From NCBI RefSeq assembly GCF_006345805.1, contig NC_043007.1, forward strand, positions 64,418,001 through 64,482,000: a DNA stretch of 64,000 nt, given 5' to 3'. A program made the position numbers and the translations under genes. Below, one piece after another: positions 38,845-51,760 of the stretch. Position 1 is the first letter of the stretch, and every line of letters begins with the position of its first letter. The notes below the pieces were generated by a model, which worked only from the letters and a program-made list of their open reading frames with translations, was not told where the DNA came from and made no database searches. This DNA is from Octopus sinensis. Its lineage: Eukaryota.

Positions 38845-39745
38845 CATTTAACGTCCGCTTTCCATGCTAGCATGGGTTGGACGGTTCAACTGGAGTCTGG
38901 GGAACCCGAAGGCTGCACAGGCCAGTCAGATCTGGCAGTGTTTCTACAGCTGGATGCCCTTCCTAACGCCAACCACTCCGAGAGTGTAGTGGGTGATTTT
39001 ATGTGCCACCGACACAGGTGCCAGACGAGGCTGGCGAACGGCCACGCTCGGATGGTGTTTTTTTTTATGTGCCACCGACACAGGTGCCAGATGAGGCTGG
39101 CAGACGGCCACGCTCGGATGGTGTTTTTTTTTATGTGCCACCGACACAGGTGCCAGACGAGGCTGGCAGACGGCCACGCTCGGATGGTGTTTTTATGTGC
39201 CACCGACACAAGTGCCAGATGAGGCTGGCGAACGGCCACGATCGGATGGTGTTTGTTACGTGCCCACAGCACGGAGGCCAGTCGATGCGGTACTGGCTAC
39301 GGCCACGTTCTGATGGTTTTCTTGTGTGCCACCGACACTGGTACCACAAGGATACAAATTCCATTGATGTTCATCTATTTTGATTTGGTTTGATTTTCAC
39401 TTGCCTCAACAGGTCTTCACAAGTGTCACATACTTGCCTCAACAGGTCTTCACAAGTGTCATAAGAAGGAAGGTATGCACAGGTAGACTGACTACGTCCC
39501 AGGTAGGGGCCACGGGTTATGGCCTGACTAGTCTTGCCGGGTCTTTGGATGGTGTTTTTATGTGCCACCAACACAGGTGCCAGATGAGGCTGGCGAACGG
39601 CCACAATCGGATGGTGTTTGTTACGTGCCCACAGCACGATGTGGTACTGGCTACCGCCACGTTCGGATGGTTTTCTTGTGTGCCACCGGCATTGGTACCA
39701 CAAAGATACAAATTCCATTGATGTTCATCTATTTTGATTTGTTTT
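37930..39745 (-). mobile_element. Two further RTE 3' ends (37930-38665 and 38802-39745), same orientation, with expanded ~62-bp repeat arrays
   Basis: Same tail and 3' UTR as 36744-37900, separated by (TA/TATG)n. The third copy has internal duplications. Confidence 0.92.
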
Positions 39746-39759
39746 GATTGGATTTGATT

Positions 39760-39803
39760 ATGATTATGATTATGATTATGATTATGATTATGATCACTAT
39801 ATG

Positions 39804-39880
<77 letters not shown>

Positions 39881-39961
39881 GTATATATATATGTATATAT
39901 ATATGTATATATATATGTATATATATGTATATATATATATGTGTATATATATATGTATATA

Positions 39962-40024
<63 letters not shown>

Positions 40025-40075
40025 GTATATGTATATATATATATGTATATGTATATATATGTGTATATATATATA

Positions 40076-40169
<94 letters not shown>

Positions 40170-40195
40170 TATACATACATATACATACATACATG
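39760..40195. repeat. (GATTAT)n followed by ~400-bp imperfect (TA)n microsatellite
   Basis: Direct reading. It explains the overlapping I/Y/M-rich ORFs in the track. Confidence 0.97.
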
Positions 40196-40203
40196 CATGC
40201 ACA

Positions 40204-41400
40204 CAGGGTTTCCTAAAATTATTCATCATTATAAAAACTTAATGTGTCTTCTTTTTGTTTCAGGTTAAATACATTCAGATTTATAAATTAGATAACAGCT
40301 ATAGACTGAAATACAATCATAACCCACCACAAAGGAGGCAAAAGTAATACAGCTATAGCAAAAAAGTGTAAAATTAACCAAACAACAATCTGGAAAATTG
40401 TCAAGAAATTTCAAGAGACTGGTTGCACTGCTGATTGACCTGGATGTGGCCAAAATAGAAGTGTGTGGACTTCTTAGCTTATCAAAAGTATCAAAGAAGA
40501 TACTGCAAAATCCTCATTGTTCTGTCAGAAAACTGGCTGCCACAACAAAAATAAGTCAAACATCAATGTATCGAGTGCTGAAAGAGGATCTAAGGATGCA
40601 CCCCTACAAAATTATCCACCATCATGAGCTCACACAAGTTTTTAAGGCAATGAGACTGGCAAGAAGTCATCTTATCCTGTGTCAGATTGCTGAAGGCACG
40701 CTGCCCAACCTGGTGTTCACTGATGAAAAGAAATTTGGTATTGAACAGACAGTAAACCACCAGAATGACCCACTTTGGGGTGTATATATCATTGACGAGG
40801 GTGAACTCTTAAATCATGTCAAAATCCACAGTCAGTTATGGTTTGGGCACTGTGACAGTCACTGGAAGGTCTCTCCTCGTTTTTGTGCCCTTGGGTGTTA
40901 AAATTAACACCTAGATATACATTAGCAACATTCTGGAAGCTGAACTGCTTCCATGGGCAAATGAGCACTTTCCAGGCACACCTTGGAGCCTCCAACAGGA
41001 CTTGGCACCATCCTACAGTGCCAAACAGACACAACACTGGATTCAGAAAAAAATATTCTGTTGTTCACAGGTAAAGATGTATGGCCCTCAAGAAGCCCCA
41101 GTCTCAGCCCATTGGATTTTTCTGTTTGGCCCATTTTGGAAATGAAGGTCCTGAGCACTCCTCATGCTTTGCTTGACACTCTGAATGCAAAACTGCTCCA
41201 ATAATGGGCTTCAATTCTGCAAGAACAGCTGCATGCCACATGTGAAGCATTCACACCTAGACTTAAGGCTGTGATTTGAAACAGATGATCATATCAAATA
41301 AACGTAGTAGTATTATAGTCATGTTTCTTTTACCATTGCTTTGCAATGCTTGGAGCTGAAATATAGCAATATTTGGTTGCCTTTATTTTGGGATACCTTT
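40204..41400 (+). mobile_element. Tc1/mariner superfamily element of maT (DD37D)-like type, decayed
   Basis: Degenerate TIRs cagggtttcctaaaatt / ttattttgggataccttt. Motifs 'LRMHPYK', 'LVFTDEKKF', 'QQDLAPSY', 'WPSRSPSLSPLDFSVW'. Confidence 0.82.
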
Positions 41401-41749
41401 TATACATTTGATTGGAATTGTATGTATTTAATAACAGGTTGACTGAACTTATGACAACATGAATACATCCTACACACCCGCAAAACATTAATGTGGAGTT
41501 AGTCAAACTGCTATTATATCTATCTATCTGTTTGCCTATCTGTCTGTCTACCTACTTACCTACCAACTGCAGTGAACCGGCAAATAAGCAAAACACATAC
41601 ATTGAGTATGTACGGTTGATAATGTTTACAACACCAGTACTACATTTTATTCACAATTGAATTTAATCTTATGTATGCATTGTTGTTGCATACTAGCAAA
41701 TAGTTCTTATATAATTTGTATATAGTCATTGACTGGCGATTTGATTTGT

Positions 41750-43555
41750 CCTGGGTTCAATTCGGGTATATGTGGGAATAAGATCACTCAACAGCATCAA
41801 ATAGTGTATATTGGCTTAATAAAGCATCAAAAATTAACTTTGGTATTGTAAATCTGAAAACTGGGTGAAATGTATAATGGACATGACAGTCTATGCATAT
41901 GTATCTTGTCTCCTTGTGGTGACTGTGTGCTGCACACAGCACATTGTTTTGATGTGTTCTTTTTTTCGGTTGATGGAATTGAAGTAGGGAAGTATCCATG
42001 TCCCTTTTCTCCATTGGCATGGAGAAGGACTGGAGTGTGAATGCCCCTGTGATCAGTTTGGTGGAAAATCTGAAATTCTATTGTTTTTGTTCACAAGCAA
42101 CTCTCCAAAGGTTAGTCCATCTCCCACACTGCCAAGCATTTGCCATATCAAAAGCGAATGTACTAGTTTTATGTCCACCACGTTATAGAAAAGTTTCTTA
42201 TACCATTTTACAAATTTGCATTTTAATTTGTGTTTTGATACCAGTTGAGTGGAATGATTGACATCATGTGATTCCATGCCAACACAGTTGATTTTATTAC
42301 TGGATTTCCAGTCCTGTCTCATTTGTCAGTGCTGGACATAACAGTTGAATGCATGGTGGACTGCAAACAAACATTTTCCTTGTCTCCCCACACCAATGTT
42401 ATAATGTTACTATTGGTGGAACAGCACACAGTTTTGCCTTTGCAAAGTTTCAAATCATGAAGTTCAGGTGGTATGTTTTTTCTGAAGATGCACACTGTCC
42501 CACAGCAGGTGAAGAAAGAGGTTGGGAGTGGAAAACCAGTTGTCCTTATAAATATTGTATCCTTTGTCCAACAACTCATTTTTTAGTAATAAGACAACAT
42601 TTGTGGGTATTGGAATGTCCAGTGTATATCTTATAGTACCAAGTATAGCCACACCAGACAACTGACACCTTGTAAACTTGCTAGGATTGTACTGTTTGAA
42701 TTTCCATAGACTTTCATCAGTGGAAATGTCCTGCATGGATATACAAACAATTTGAAATTTTCTGCAATAGGATGAATTTTATGAAGCCTGTCCCCATTGT
42801 TCTTGCCAGAGTTGAAATGAAAGTTTTTTAGCAGTGCTAAAAATTAATCATGTGGCATTGACTCTGCAAAGAAAGGTGTTGCAGTTGCAGGATCCCTATT
42901 CCAATATGAAGTGATCATCAGTTTCTGCACAATACCCATGAGGATGAATAGTGCATGGAAAACTTTGAGTTCATCACCTGTATTTAGAAACCAATTAGTG
43001 TCATGTCCAGGTCTTGCATTCTGAGGATGTTTCGCAGCATAGTCATTGGTTTCTTCAGCTATGTATTCAAACATTTCCTCCATCATAAATCCATCGTATA
43101 CCTCCAATGGCAAACTGTGATTTCAAAGGTCTGCCTTTAAACAAGGAGTACCAGAGAAATTGCATTGTTGTAGAAAATTGCATGCTGTAGCATATTCTGT
43201 TGGCCAAAGCCATGGACTGCTGCCCTCCTGCCCCTTTGATGTAATGGATACTTGTCATTGCTAGCAGAATTGGAATCACCTGACCTACTGGGCAAATAAT
43301 CGCTCTTGGAGTCTGAATCATCCAAAATAGAATCAACTATTGAGGACTTACCATGTGATGTTGAAGCAGAGGAGTTTGGCATGGATGAACATGACAACAA
43401 ATGCAATGATGATCATAAATTCAACAAAGCTGGTGTAGATGGATGTGACAAACCTGATTTTGAAGCTGGCATAGTTGGGCATGAAGATGAACACAATGCT
43501 GGTATGGCTGGATGCGAAGACGAACACAAAGCTGGTGTAGCTGGATATAAAGATT
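41750..43555 (-). mobile_element. piggyBac (PGBD4-like) transposase pseudogene, ends not resolved
   Basis: 'IAEETNDYA', 'LFILMGIV', 'STDESLWKFK', 'DNWFSTPNL', 'KWYKKLF', C-terminal 'CAAHS..KETRYICIDCHV' Cys-rich domain. ~33-bp tandem units at 43410-43555. Confidence 0.88.
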
Positions 43556-43730
43556 ATTCCAAGTTGTGTTTCCACGTCTGCAGTTTCTTTTCTATTTTTG
43601 CTATAGATTCCACTATGAGAGCAAGATCATCAGCATTTCCCAGGAGTAGCTAGTCTTAAATTCATCTGTTATGTCCTGGAAGGCAATGATGAATGAGAGG
43701 GAGCTGAGAACCAAGACCTCGTGAACTTCT
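43556..43730 (-). mobile_element. RTE RT fragment (YADD region)
   Basis: Reads LSSLSFIIAFQDITDEFKTS...ADDLALIVESIAKIEKKLQTWKHNLE. Confidence 0.75.
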
Positions 43731-44084
43731 ACCTATACACTAAATTTTAAGCATCTTGGCAGTAACTCCTGGTAGACCAGGGACTTTCCTTGTCTTCATG
43801 TCCTTAACTCCCTTATATACCTATGTATATATTTGTGTATATATATATGTGTGTGTGTGTATCCATATATATATATGTATATATATGTGTGTATCCATAT
43901 ATATATGTATATATATGTTTCTCTCTCTCTTATCTTTTCACTGAGTGTCAAGCTAATACATTCCTTGTCCTTTAATCTTATTCATTTTTTTTAATTGAAT
44001 GTTTATTTGAATTGACTATATATATAAGTGTGTGTGTATATGTATATATATTACACCTCCATGTAGTTGAGGATCCTACTTCAC

Positions 44085-46770
44085 ATTCATCATCATATCA
44101 TTCGCTTCCCATGCTGGCATGGGTAGGATAGTTTGACTGAGGTCTGGCAAGCCAGGAGGCTGCACCAGACTCCAATCTGATCTGGCAAGGTTTCTACAGC
44201 TGGATGCTCTTCCTAACACCAACCACTCTGAGAGTGTAGTGGATACTTTTTATGTGCCTCTGGCTTGGAGGCCAGTCAGGCAACACTGGCATCAACCATG
44301 CTTGAATGGTGCTTTTTACGTGCCACCGTCATGGAAGCCAGTCAGATGGCACTTGCATTGACCATGCTCGAATGATGCTTTTTATGTGCCACTAGCACTG
44401 GCATTGGCTACACTCAAATGGTACTTTTTACATCCCACTGGCACAGGTGCCTGTCAGGTGGCACTGGCATCGGCTACGACTACGATTTCACTCGACTCAA
44501 CAGGTCTTCTCAAGCACAGCATATTGCCCAGTGTTCAAAGGTTGTGCTTCACCACCTCATCCCATGTCTTCCTGGGTCTACCTCTTCCACAGGTTCCCTC
44601 CACTGTTATGGTGTAACACTTCTTCGCACAGTTGTCCTCATCCATATGCAACACATGACCATACTAGCATAGTCATCTCTCTTGCACACCACATTTGATG
44701 CTTCTTATAGCCAACTGCCATGTAACATGGCTGTTTGCACACCTGCATCATACAGTCTATCTTTCACTCTGACCGAGAGGTCCTTTGTTACCAGCAGAAG
44801 TAGGAGCTCTCTGAACTTTTCCCAGGTTATTCTTATTCTAGCAGCTATGCTCTCAGAGCATCCACCCCCACTACTGACTTGGTCGCCTAGGTAATGGAAG
44901 CTATCAACTACTTCTAGTTTTTTTCCCCTTGCTTGTGATGGAATCTGTTTTCTGTACATCTTTGGTGTTTATTGCCCCTGTGCATCTGCCACACACAAAA
45001 ACTATCTTCCCAATTAACTTTCCTTTGATATTGTTGCACCTCTTATATGTCCATAGCTTACGCTAGGTACATCTTATGGAGTTTCTACCTATGCCTTTTC
45101 TACAGATCAATCAGGGCCAGCTACCTGAAGGGATTTGTGATTTGTCTGCCTTCTTACTTCCTAAGACTTTGGTTTTAGCTAGATTGACTCTAAGGCCTTT
45201 TGATTCTTGACCTTGCTTCCACACTTGAATCTTCTTTATTTCTGGTAGAGATTCAGCTATTAGAACAAGGTCACCAGCATATAGGAGCTCCCAGGGGAAG
45301 CCTGTCTTGAATTCCTCTGTTATTGATTGGAGGACTATGATGAATAAGAGAGGGTTGAGGACTGATCCTTGGTGAACCCCTTCTTCTACTCAGAATTCTT
45401 CACTATACTCATTGTCAACCCTCACCTTACTGACAGCATCCCTGTACATGGCTTGTACAGCTCTCACCAATCATTCATCTATCCCTAATTTCCACATTGA
45501 CCACCAGATGAAGGATCGAGGACCCTGTCAAAGGCTTTCTCCACGTCAATGAAAACCAAGTACAGAGGTTTATCTTTGGCTAGAAATTTCTTTATCTACC
45601 AAGGTACTGTCAGTTTGAATAGCTGGTTCCTCTGTTGGGTCAAAATTTCACAGACTCTCTTTCTCATATTCATTCTCTTCATTTAGCAACCTTTCATAGT
45701 GGCATCTCTAAGTCTCTCTCTCTTTACAGCATCATTAAATGCGAGTGATCCCTCATCCATGCAGACACATTTCTCACCTGTGACATCACAATTCTCTCTC
45801 ACACACTGTCTTGCAATACAAAACACTTCAAGTCTCTGGTCCTCATGATGCAGAACATTGGCAAATTTTTTTCTTATCTACTTCCCTTCTGGCTAAGTAA
45901 ACCTGTCTCTTAGCTTTCCTTCTGGCAATCTGATACAGTTCCCTGCTATCACCATTCTTCCTGTCCTTCTATGCCTGTTTCTTTTCCCTAATGGCCCTGT
46001 CACCTACATTGTTCCACCACTACGTTACTTTAGTGTGAGAGGGGACTTTGCACCAGCCACAAATCTGATCAGTAGCCGTCAACAGGTCCTGTAGGAACCT
46101 CCATTTGTCCTCCACATTATGTTATGCTATATCCTCCTCTTTTTTGTCAAAAGCTTCAAGTAATATGTGTCTAAATCTCTGTCCATTAAGAGGATCCTTA
46201 AGCTTCCAGACCCTTCTTTTCCATGCTGGTTGTCTTTGGGCAGCCATTTAGTCCTGGTCCTGAAGACGATTACTGCTATCCTACGTTGTGGGGTGCATTC
46301 TTCACCTGGGAAAGTTTTGGCATTTATAAGTAGCCATCTTTCTCATTTCCTGGCAAGAATGTACTCAATTTGACAAGTGTGCTCACCAGACTGGTAAGTG
46401 AACAGGTGACTGGCAGGTTTTCTTAAGTTAGTATTACAGATCATAGGATCATCTGCATCACAGAACTCCAGCCCGTTGAAGTCACCAGCCACAAACAGAA
46501 GGTCCCTGTCATTTGATGAGGTAGTCTGCAAGAGGGTGTCATAGAACCAGTCTTTCTGTTCATCAGGTAGTCCTGGCTGAGGGGCGTTGGCCGAGATAAT
46601 GGTTGCTAATCCATGTTGCAGTACTAGTCTAAGCTTAAGTATTCTGTCACAGTCTCTGACTACCTTGATTACCTTATCAGTCCATTTCTCCACAAGGAGT
46701 ATACCCATGCCTTCAACCTCATCAGTGACCTTATGGAGGGGGGCTTCGGAGCCTCTAATAGGCAGCTTCT
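44085..46770 (-). mobile_element. Near full-span RTE LINE, internally deleted and degraded (APE endonuclease 46343-46760, RT ~45100-45600, 3' UTR and tail 44085-44520)
   Basis: 'IISANAPQPG', 'VAGDFNG', 'LLYAGDLVLIAES', 'VDSFHYLGDQVSSGGG' motifs in the expected order. Confidence 0.9.
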
Positions 46771-46929
46771 AATCCCGATCTATCACTAACCCATCCTAGG
46801 GGTTCTAAATGACATGGCTGTAGAGGAAATTGGCTGTGGAGACATGCATGGCAGGTTTATTTCAGAGGAGGATGACTGCATTGGGTTAAGGACCATTGAA
46901 GAATGTGGATTTGGAGATCCTAACTCGTT

Positions 46930-47390
46930 AATTATTCCCTGCATTTCTCAAATCAAAAAAGCATGCACATTTGAAAGCCAAAACACATGATGACGTGTCT
47001 TCGCAAAACACATAAATGCACTGAGTCATACAGACTGTCTGCAAATGTGCACGCGCATTCAACTGTCAAGGGTAAAATTATCTCCGTCCAATCAAAAAAC
47101 AGCTGGAAGTCTATTGGTGTATCTAGCTGTATGCACACACCGCATACAAATTTCTATGTTTTAGCAATTTTGAATGGATATGCCCATAACTTATGGGCAT
47201 AAGGGGTTGGTTTGTCAACTTTCTTAATGACTTTCTCGGTTGACTGGGGAAATGAAAAGATCTTCACGACCACCCTCAGACAGTTTTGAAAGCCCATAGA
47301 AAATGCGAGTGTTTTACGTGAAAAACTGTGGATTTGTATAAAGGACACACAGATACACAGACATTTTGCTGTTTATAGATATAGAGATGA
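46930..47390 (+). mobile_element. Probable non-autonomous Helentron-associated (HINE/DINE-1-like) element
   Basis: Ends in ggatttgtataaaggacacacagatacacagac...tttatagatatagagat, resembling HINE termini. Internal perfect palindrome atgcccataa-c-ttatgggcat (47180-47200). Family assignment is inference. Confidence 0.4.
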
Positions 47391-47914
47391 TGATGACAAT
47401 ACATCTTAGTATTTATTAAAGAAGATATTTTGTTACTGAGTTAGATATACTTCATTTAGTTTATTGTTGGATTTATTTTTATAATCTTGATTGTTCCCAC
47501 GGTGATGTGAGTGGAAACAAATGAAACTATATTGAAGTGATTTGCTATCTTATACAATTACATGTGAAATTAACACATGTCAGACATAAATTAGCTTTTG
47601 AAAGATTTAAATATGTATGAACTTTTGCATTGTCCTCTATAGTATGAGTTAAAATTTTATTGTCCTTTTAATGCTAGTATATGTACATACTTCCAGTGAC
47701 CAACCAAACCAACTTGTGATATTCCAATAAAACTAGCAATGCTAGAATGCAATACATCAATACAAAAAATAACAAAGAACAACTGTAGATGGTAGCAGTT
47801 TATTTAGTAGCATGAATTTTTTTTTTTATAAAAGCTCAATGGCTAACTGGTTATGATGTTTTCAAGAAGATATATAGCTTAAGCTGTAGGTAATTTGTTT
47901 AGGGCTGTCTAAGT

Positions 47915-48280
47915 CAGTGGTTCTCAACCATTTTTACCTATGGACCCCTTAGATTACTATTTTACTCTGGTGGACCCCATAGCCATTCAATGTTTGAAAA
48001 TTAGTTTTATAGATACTTTCAAAATTGTATTTTGTTTTTCACACATTCACTTGAATAGGTTTGAAATTACACTCTCAAAGAGAACATGTTTCAGTGGCCT
48101 GAAACATGTTGAGCTATATAAAATATTAGAGAAAGAAACCTAGTTGTTTCTTGTAATAAATACAAGTAAAGCAAAATTTTTTGATGAACCCTTAAAGTAC
48201 TTCTGTGGATTCCCGATTGACTATTTTTTCCTGTGGGGACCCCACCAAAATCTTATATGGTCTCTGGTTGAGAACCACTG
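47915..48280. mobile_element. hAT-Charlie-type MITE, 366 bp
   Basis: Perfect 15-bp TIR CAGTGGTTCTCAACC. 8-bp flanks gtctaagt / atctaaat (6/8). Confidence 0.9.
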
Positions 48281-49038
48281 ATCTAAATGAATATTGGCTT
48301 ATAACTTAACAGTTCAAATCACTCTGCATTTATTGTTCAATAGCTCCTGTTTAGTGTGAAATGATTCATGATATAGACTTACCACATTCACATTTTATGC
48401 TGAATTTGTTGGTCATTCCCAAATCATTTAGATTTGTCTTTACTGTGTTACATATTCTTTTAGACAATATTTCATTGTGTACACATGGACAATAAGACAT
48501 ATCTCATTTGGTATATTGTCAGATAAATTTTTGTATGCTTCATGGTTTTCATGATGATACTAGAAACAAGTAAAACATTGTTGAAGTAGAATAATTGCTA
48601 TCCCATACAATGTATTGTTGTTTAGCCTCGGGTCAGTTGTGACTGAGCAGACTTATATTTAAAGCATTTCAGCCATAATCATCCTGTCTGCTCTTTTGAA
48701 TTACAGGTACAGTCCATCTGACAAGGCCCCATATAGTTTCCCTCTATCTAATTTTGCTCAAAAGTCAACCCAAGACTATGATAAAATACTTGCACAAGAG
48801 GTCTTGAGTTTAATTCCATATAGTGGGATCAGACCCAAGACTTCATGATTGCAAAATAAACTTCTAAACCACTTAGTCATGCCTTTTGTCATACGCTTGT
48901 ATTATGCAAGTCAGTATTGTCAGCTTTCACCTTTTATTGATCTCTGCCCTTCATCAGCTTCTCTTTGAAGCTTAAACTAAGATTTTGATTCATTCTGAAT
49001 TGTTAGTAATCTAAAAACTATAATACTTTTTTTTTCAG

Positions 49039-49185
49039 GTGAAGAAAGGTATAATCATTGTGGTGTATCCAAATGGCTCTCCTGCTGATGTGCACATAAT
49101 GAATGAGAAATCATGCCAGCACCATTGGAAGAAATGGCAATCTCGACTATGTCAGTACTGGATTTCACTTGGAGAAACTAAATAG
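49039..49185 (+). CDS. MGME1: MGME1 last coding exon: VKKGIIIVVYPNGSPADVHIMNEKSCQHHWKKWQSRLCQYWISLGETK*
   Basis: Acceptor (t)9cag, TAG at 49183-49185. Matches human GLIVVAYKDGSPAHPHFM...YWTKWLLRL. Exons total 1188 nt = 395 aa plus stop. Confidence 0.95.
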   Translation: MKKGIIIVVYPNGSPADVHIMNEKSCQHHWKKWQSRLCQYWISLGETK

Positions 49186-49260
49186 ATGATGAATTTGTCC
49201 TAACTATGAAGAAAGTGTGGTGAGAGTCAGGTGCCAATAAGCCTGGTTCTGAAATTTGTA

Positions 49261-49266
49261 AATAAA
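49261..49266 (+). terminator. Candidate MGME1 polyadenylation signal AATAAA
   Basis: First AATAAA, 76 nt after the stop codon. Position only. Confidence 0.35.
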
Positions 49267-51436
49267 TTCAATATCATATTTTGCAATTGTGTGATTTTAT
49301 TTAAAAAAAAATTTCTTTCGTTTTTCCTTTCTAAAATTATACACTCATACTAGTAAATCATAGAAAGATTTGCAAATTTGAACATTCTAGTCTTTGGTTC
49401 AGACAAGATTATGAAATATGACTGTGATCTGGTCACTTTGAGGTGATTATTCACAAACCCACTACAAATCATAAAAACTGTAAACAGTATGATTACCTTG
49501 AGTTTTTACACTTGATGTCCCTTACAGAAAAATGAAAGACCTCAAAATCAGTTATTTGTACATGTATTACAATATATCATTGCTTTTGATTTCAGTCACA
49601 CAATCCCTGAAGATACACAGACATCAGTCGTTGCAAACCTACTAACCCTAACCCTTAATTACTCTCTGATTTAAATCAGACAAAAATAAATTATACAGCT
49701 AAGCTAATTCTGGAGGCACAACTGGACATGTGTGTTTTTTTCTTGCTGACATTGAATTGATTTTTTTTGCTACTTTTTTCCTGTGTGAGTGGTGAGAGAG
49801 AGAGACACACACACACAAGTAACTAGGGTATATTCAACAATAACAAGAAGAAAACCAGTATTGTGTCAGATTATCTAGCTCATTTATCTCTTGACTCACA
49901 GTTTTAGTTCAGAAAGTAAATTTTTTTATGGTTAATTCAACAGTTGTATTAGTTGATTGATTTACTGTTGTTTAGCTCGAAGTTGGCTGTCATCAAACAC
50001 ACTTATGATAAAAGGCATTCCAGCTGTGGCCATTTTATTTCTTTTTGGGCATTGTGTGCTCCATACTTCATTACCTGATGTGTCCTTCCCTTTTTTAACA
50101 TCAGATATGACTTCAAGGAGGTTATTACTAGCAAATCAAATAATTAGAGGTTCTCTAATTGGCTTGACCTATGTAATCTTTTCTACATTATTCTTATTAT
50201 TCTGCTGCTCTCCCAGTCATATTTTTCATCACCCACACCACCCTTGTTTACCATTCTCTACATTCATCTCACACTCTTACCTCCATCTATAACCATCCCT
50301 CATTCTTCCCAATCTATCCCTACTCTCTATTCTATTCACCTTTTATCCTGCTTGTTTTGATATCTTGTTACTACCATCTTTATAGCCCTTTGCAGCTCCA
50401 CCTCAATTATGCTCACTTATTCTTATGCAATGTGAAGGTATGTCTTTCCTCTACAGCAGGAAACCTGTTCCTGTCCTGTCTTTTACACTTTAACCTCTCA
50501 AAACCTATCATAAAGCCACCTCCCTCTCTACCATATTTCCACTCAATCAAAAAGGCTCTTTAATCATGAAAGTACATGGTAATTTCATTAGTGCTGGTGT
50601 CATGAGAAAAGCACTCAGTACTCTAAAGTGGTTGGTGATGGGAAGGGCATCCAGTAGTAAAAAACATGTCAAAGTAGACATTGGAGCTTGATGCAGTCCA
50701 CTAACTCATTGGATCCTGTTTGAAACATCCAATTCATGCAAATGTGGAAGACATGTTAAATGAAAATAATGATGAGATATATATATATATATTGTCCAAC
50801 CCATGCTAGCATGGAAAGCGGACGTTAAACAATGATGATGATGATAATATATATATATATATTGATTAAAATGGTAAAACAACAAAAGAAAGAAAGAGAC
50901 CTCGATATTATGTAAATAGAGGAATTTATCTGTAAATGTAATATGAGACAATTATTCGGTAGCCATGATAATCTGAAACTTGGAGTTTTATCATGGCTAC
51001 CAAATAATTGTCTCATATTACATTTACAGATATATATATATATATAGACACACACACACACACACACACACATCATTATCATTTAATGTCCATCTTCCAT
51101 GCTGGCATGGGTTGGACAGTCTGACAGGAGCTGGTATGCCAGGGGACTGTGCCAAGCTCCACTGTCAGTTTTGGCATGGTTTGTTTCAACTAGATGTTTT
51201 CCTAAACCCAACCACTTTACAATGAACTTGGCTTTGGTGGTGCACTATGTTAACTTCTCAAACATCTCGCATCTATTTACTGGAATTCAATAGAAGGGGT
51301 TTCCTATATTTTTGTATGGCTGGTTCCATTTATTGTTAATAAAAAGTAATCAAACCACTAACTATCCTGTAAGTCATTCAGTTTTTCAAATAGAAAAGAC
51401 ATCTAATGTTGTCTTAGTCATCTGATGAAGGCATAT

Positions 51437-51760
51437 GACTTAGTGGTTAGAGCATCGGGCTCACAATCATGAGGTAGTGAGTTCAAATCCTGGACCAGGT
51501 TGTGTGTTGTGTTCTTGAGCAAGACACTTATTTCATCTTGCTCCAGTTCACTCATCTGTAGGAATGAGTTGCAACATCACTGGTGCCAAGCTGTATCAGC
51601 CTTTGCTTTTCCCTTGAATAACATTGGTTGTGTGGAGAGGGGAGGCTCGTATGCATTAGTGACTTCTGGTCTTCCATAAACAACCTTATCCATACTTGTG
51701 CCTTGGAGGGTAACTTTCTAGGTACAATCCCATGGTCATTCATGATCAAAGGAGGTTTTT
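51437..51760 (+). mobile_element. tRNA-derived SINE (related heads at ~54690-54860, 56350-56500, 56492-56660)
   Basis: gacttagtggttagagcatcgggctcacaatcatgaggtagtgagttcaaatcc (tRNA-like head), then gtgttcttgagcaagacactt central domain. Confidence 0.78.

Noticed and set aside
38085-39345. CRISPR-like repeat/spacer look of the GTGCCACC arrays
   Set aside because: The 'spacers' are homologous to each other, the arrays lie inside RTE 3' UTRs, no cas genes are present and the DNA is eukaryotic.
39517-40268. Long I/Y/M/H-rich ORFs (also 16593-17302, 38665-39222, 59099-59287)
   Set aside because: Stop-free read-through of (TA)n, (TG)n, (CAT)n and (AAT)n microsatellites in several frames.
43306-43653. 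115-aa acidic ORF with GxxG-like repeats on the plus strand
   Set aside because: Antisense read-through of the piggyBac 5' repeats and the adjacent RTE fragment.
46720-46800. Possible HDV-like or hammerhead ribozyme at the RTE 5' end (CTGATGA on minus; similar hits at 9715, 36838, 51421, 57826)
   Set aside because: No stem II plus GAAA in register, and no nested double pseudoknot could be built by eye.
49640-49660. Telomere-like ctaaccctaaccct
   Set aside because: Only about two units, not distinguishable from chance or a repeat remnant.
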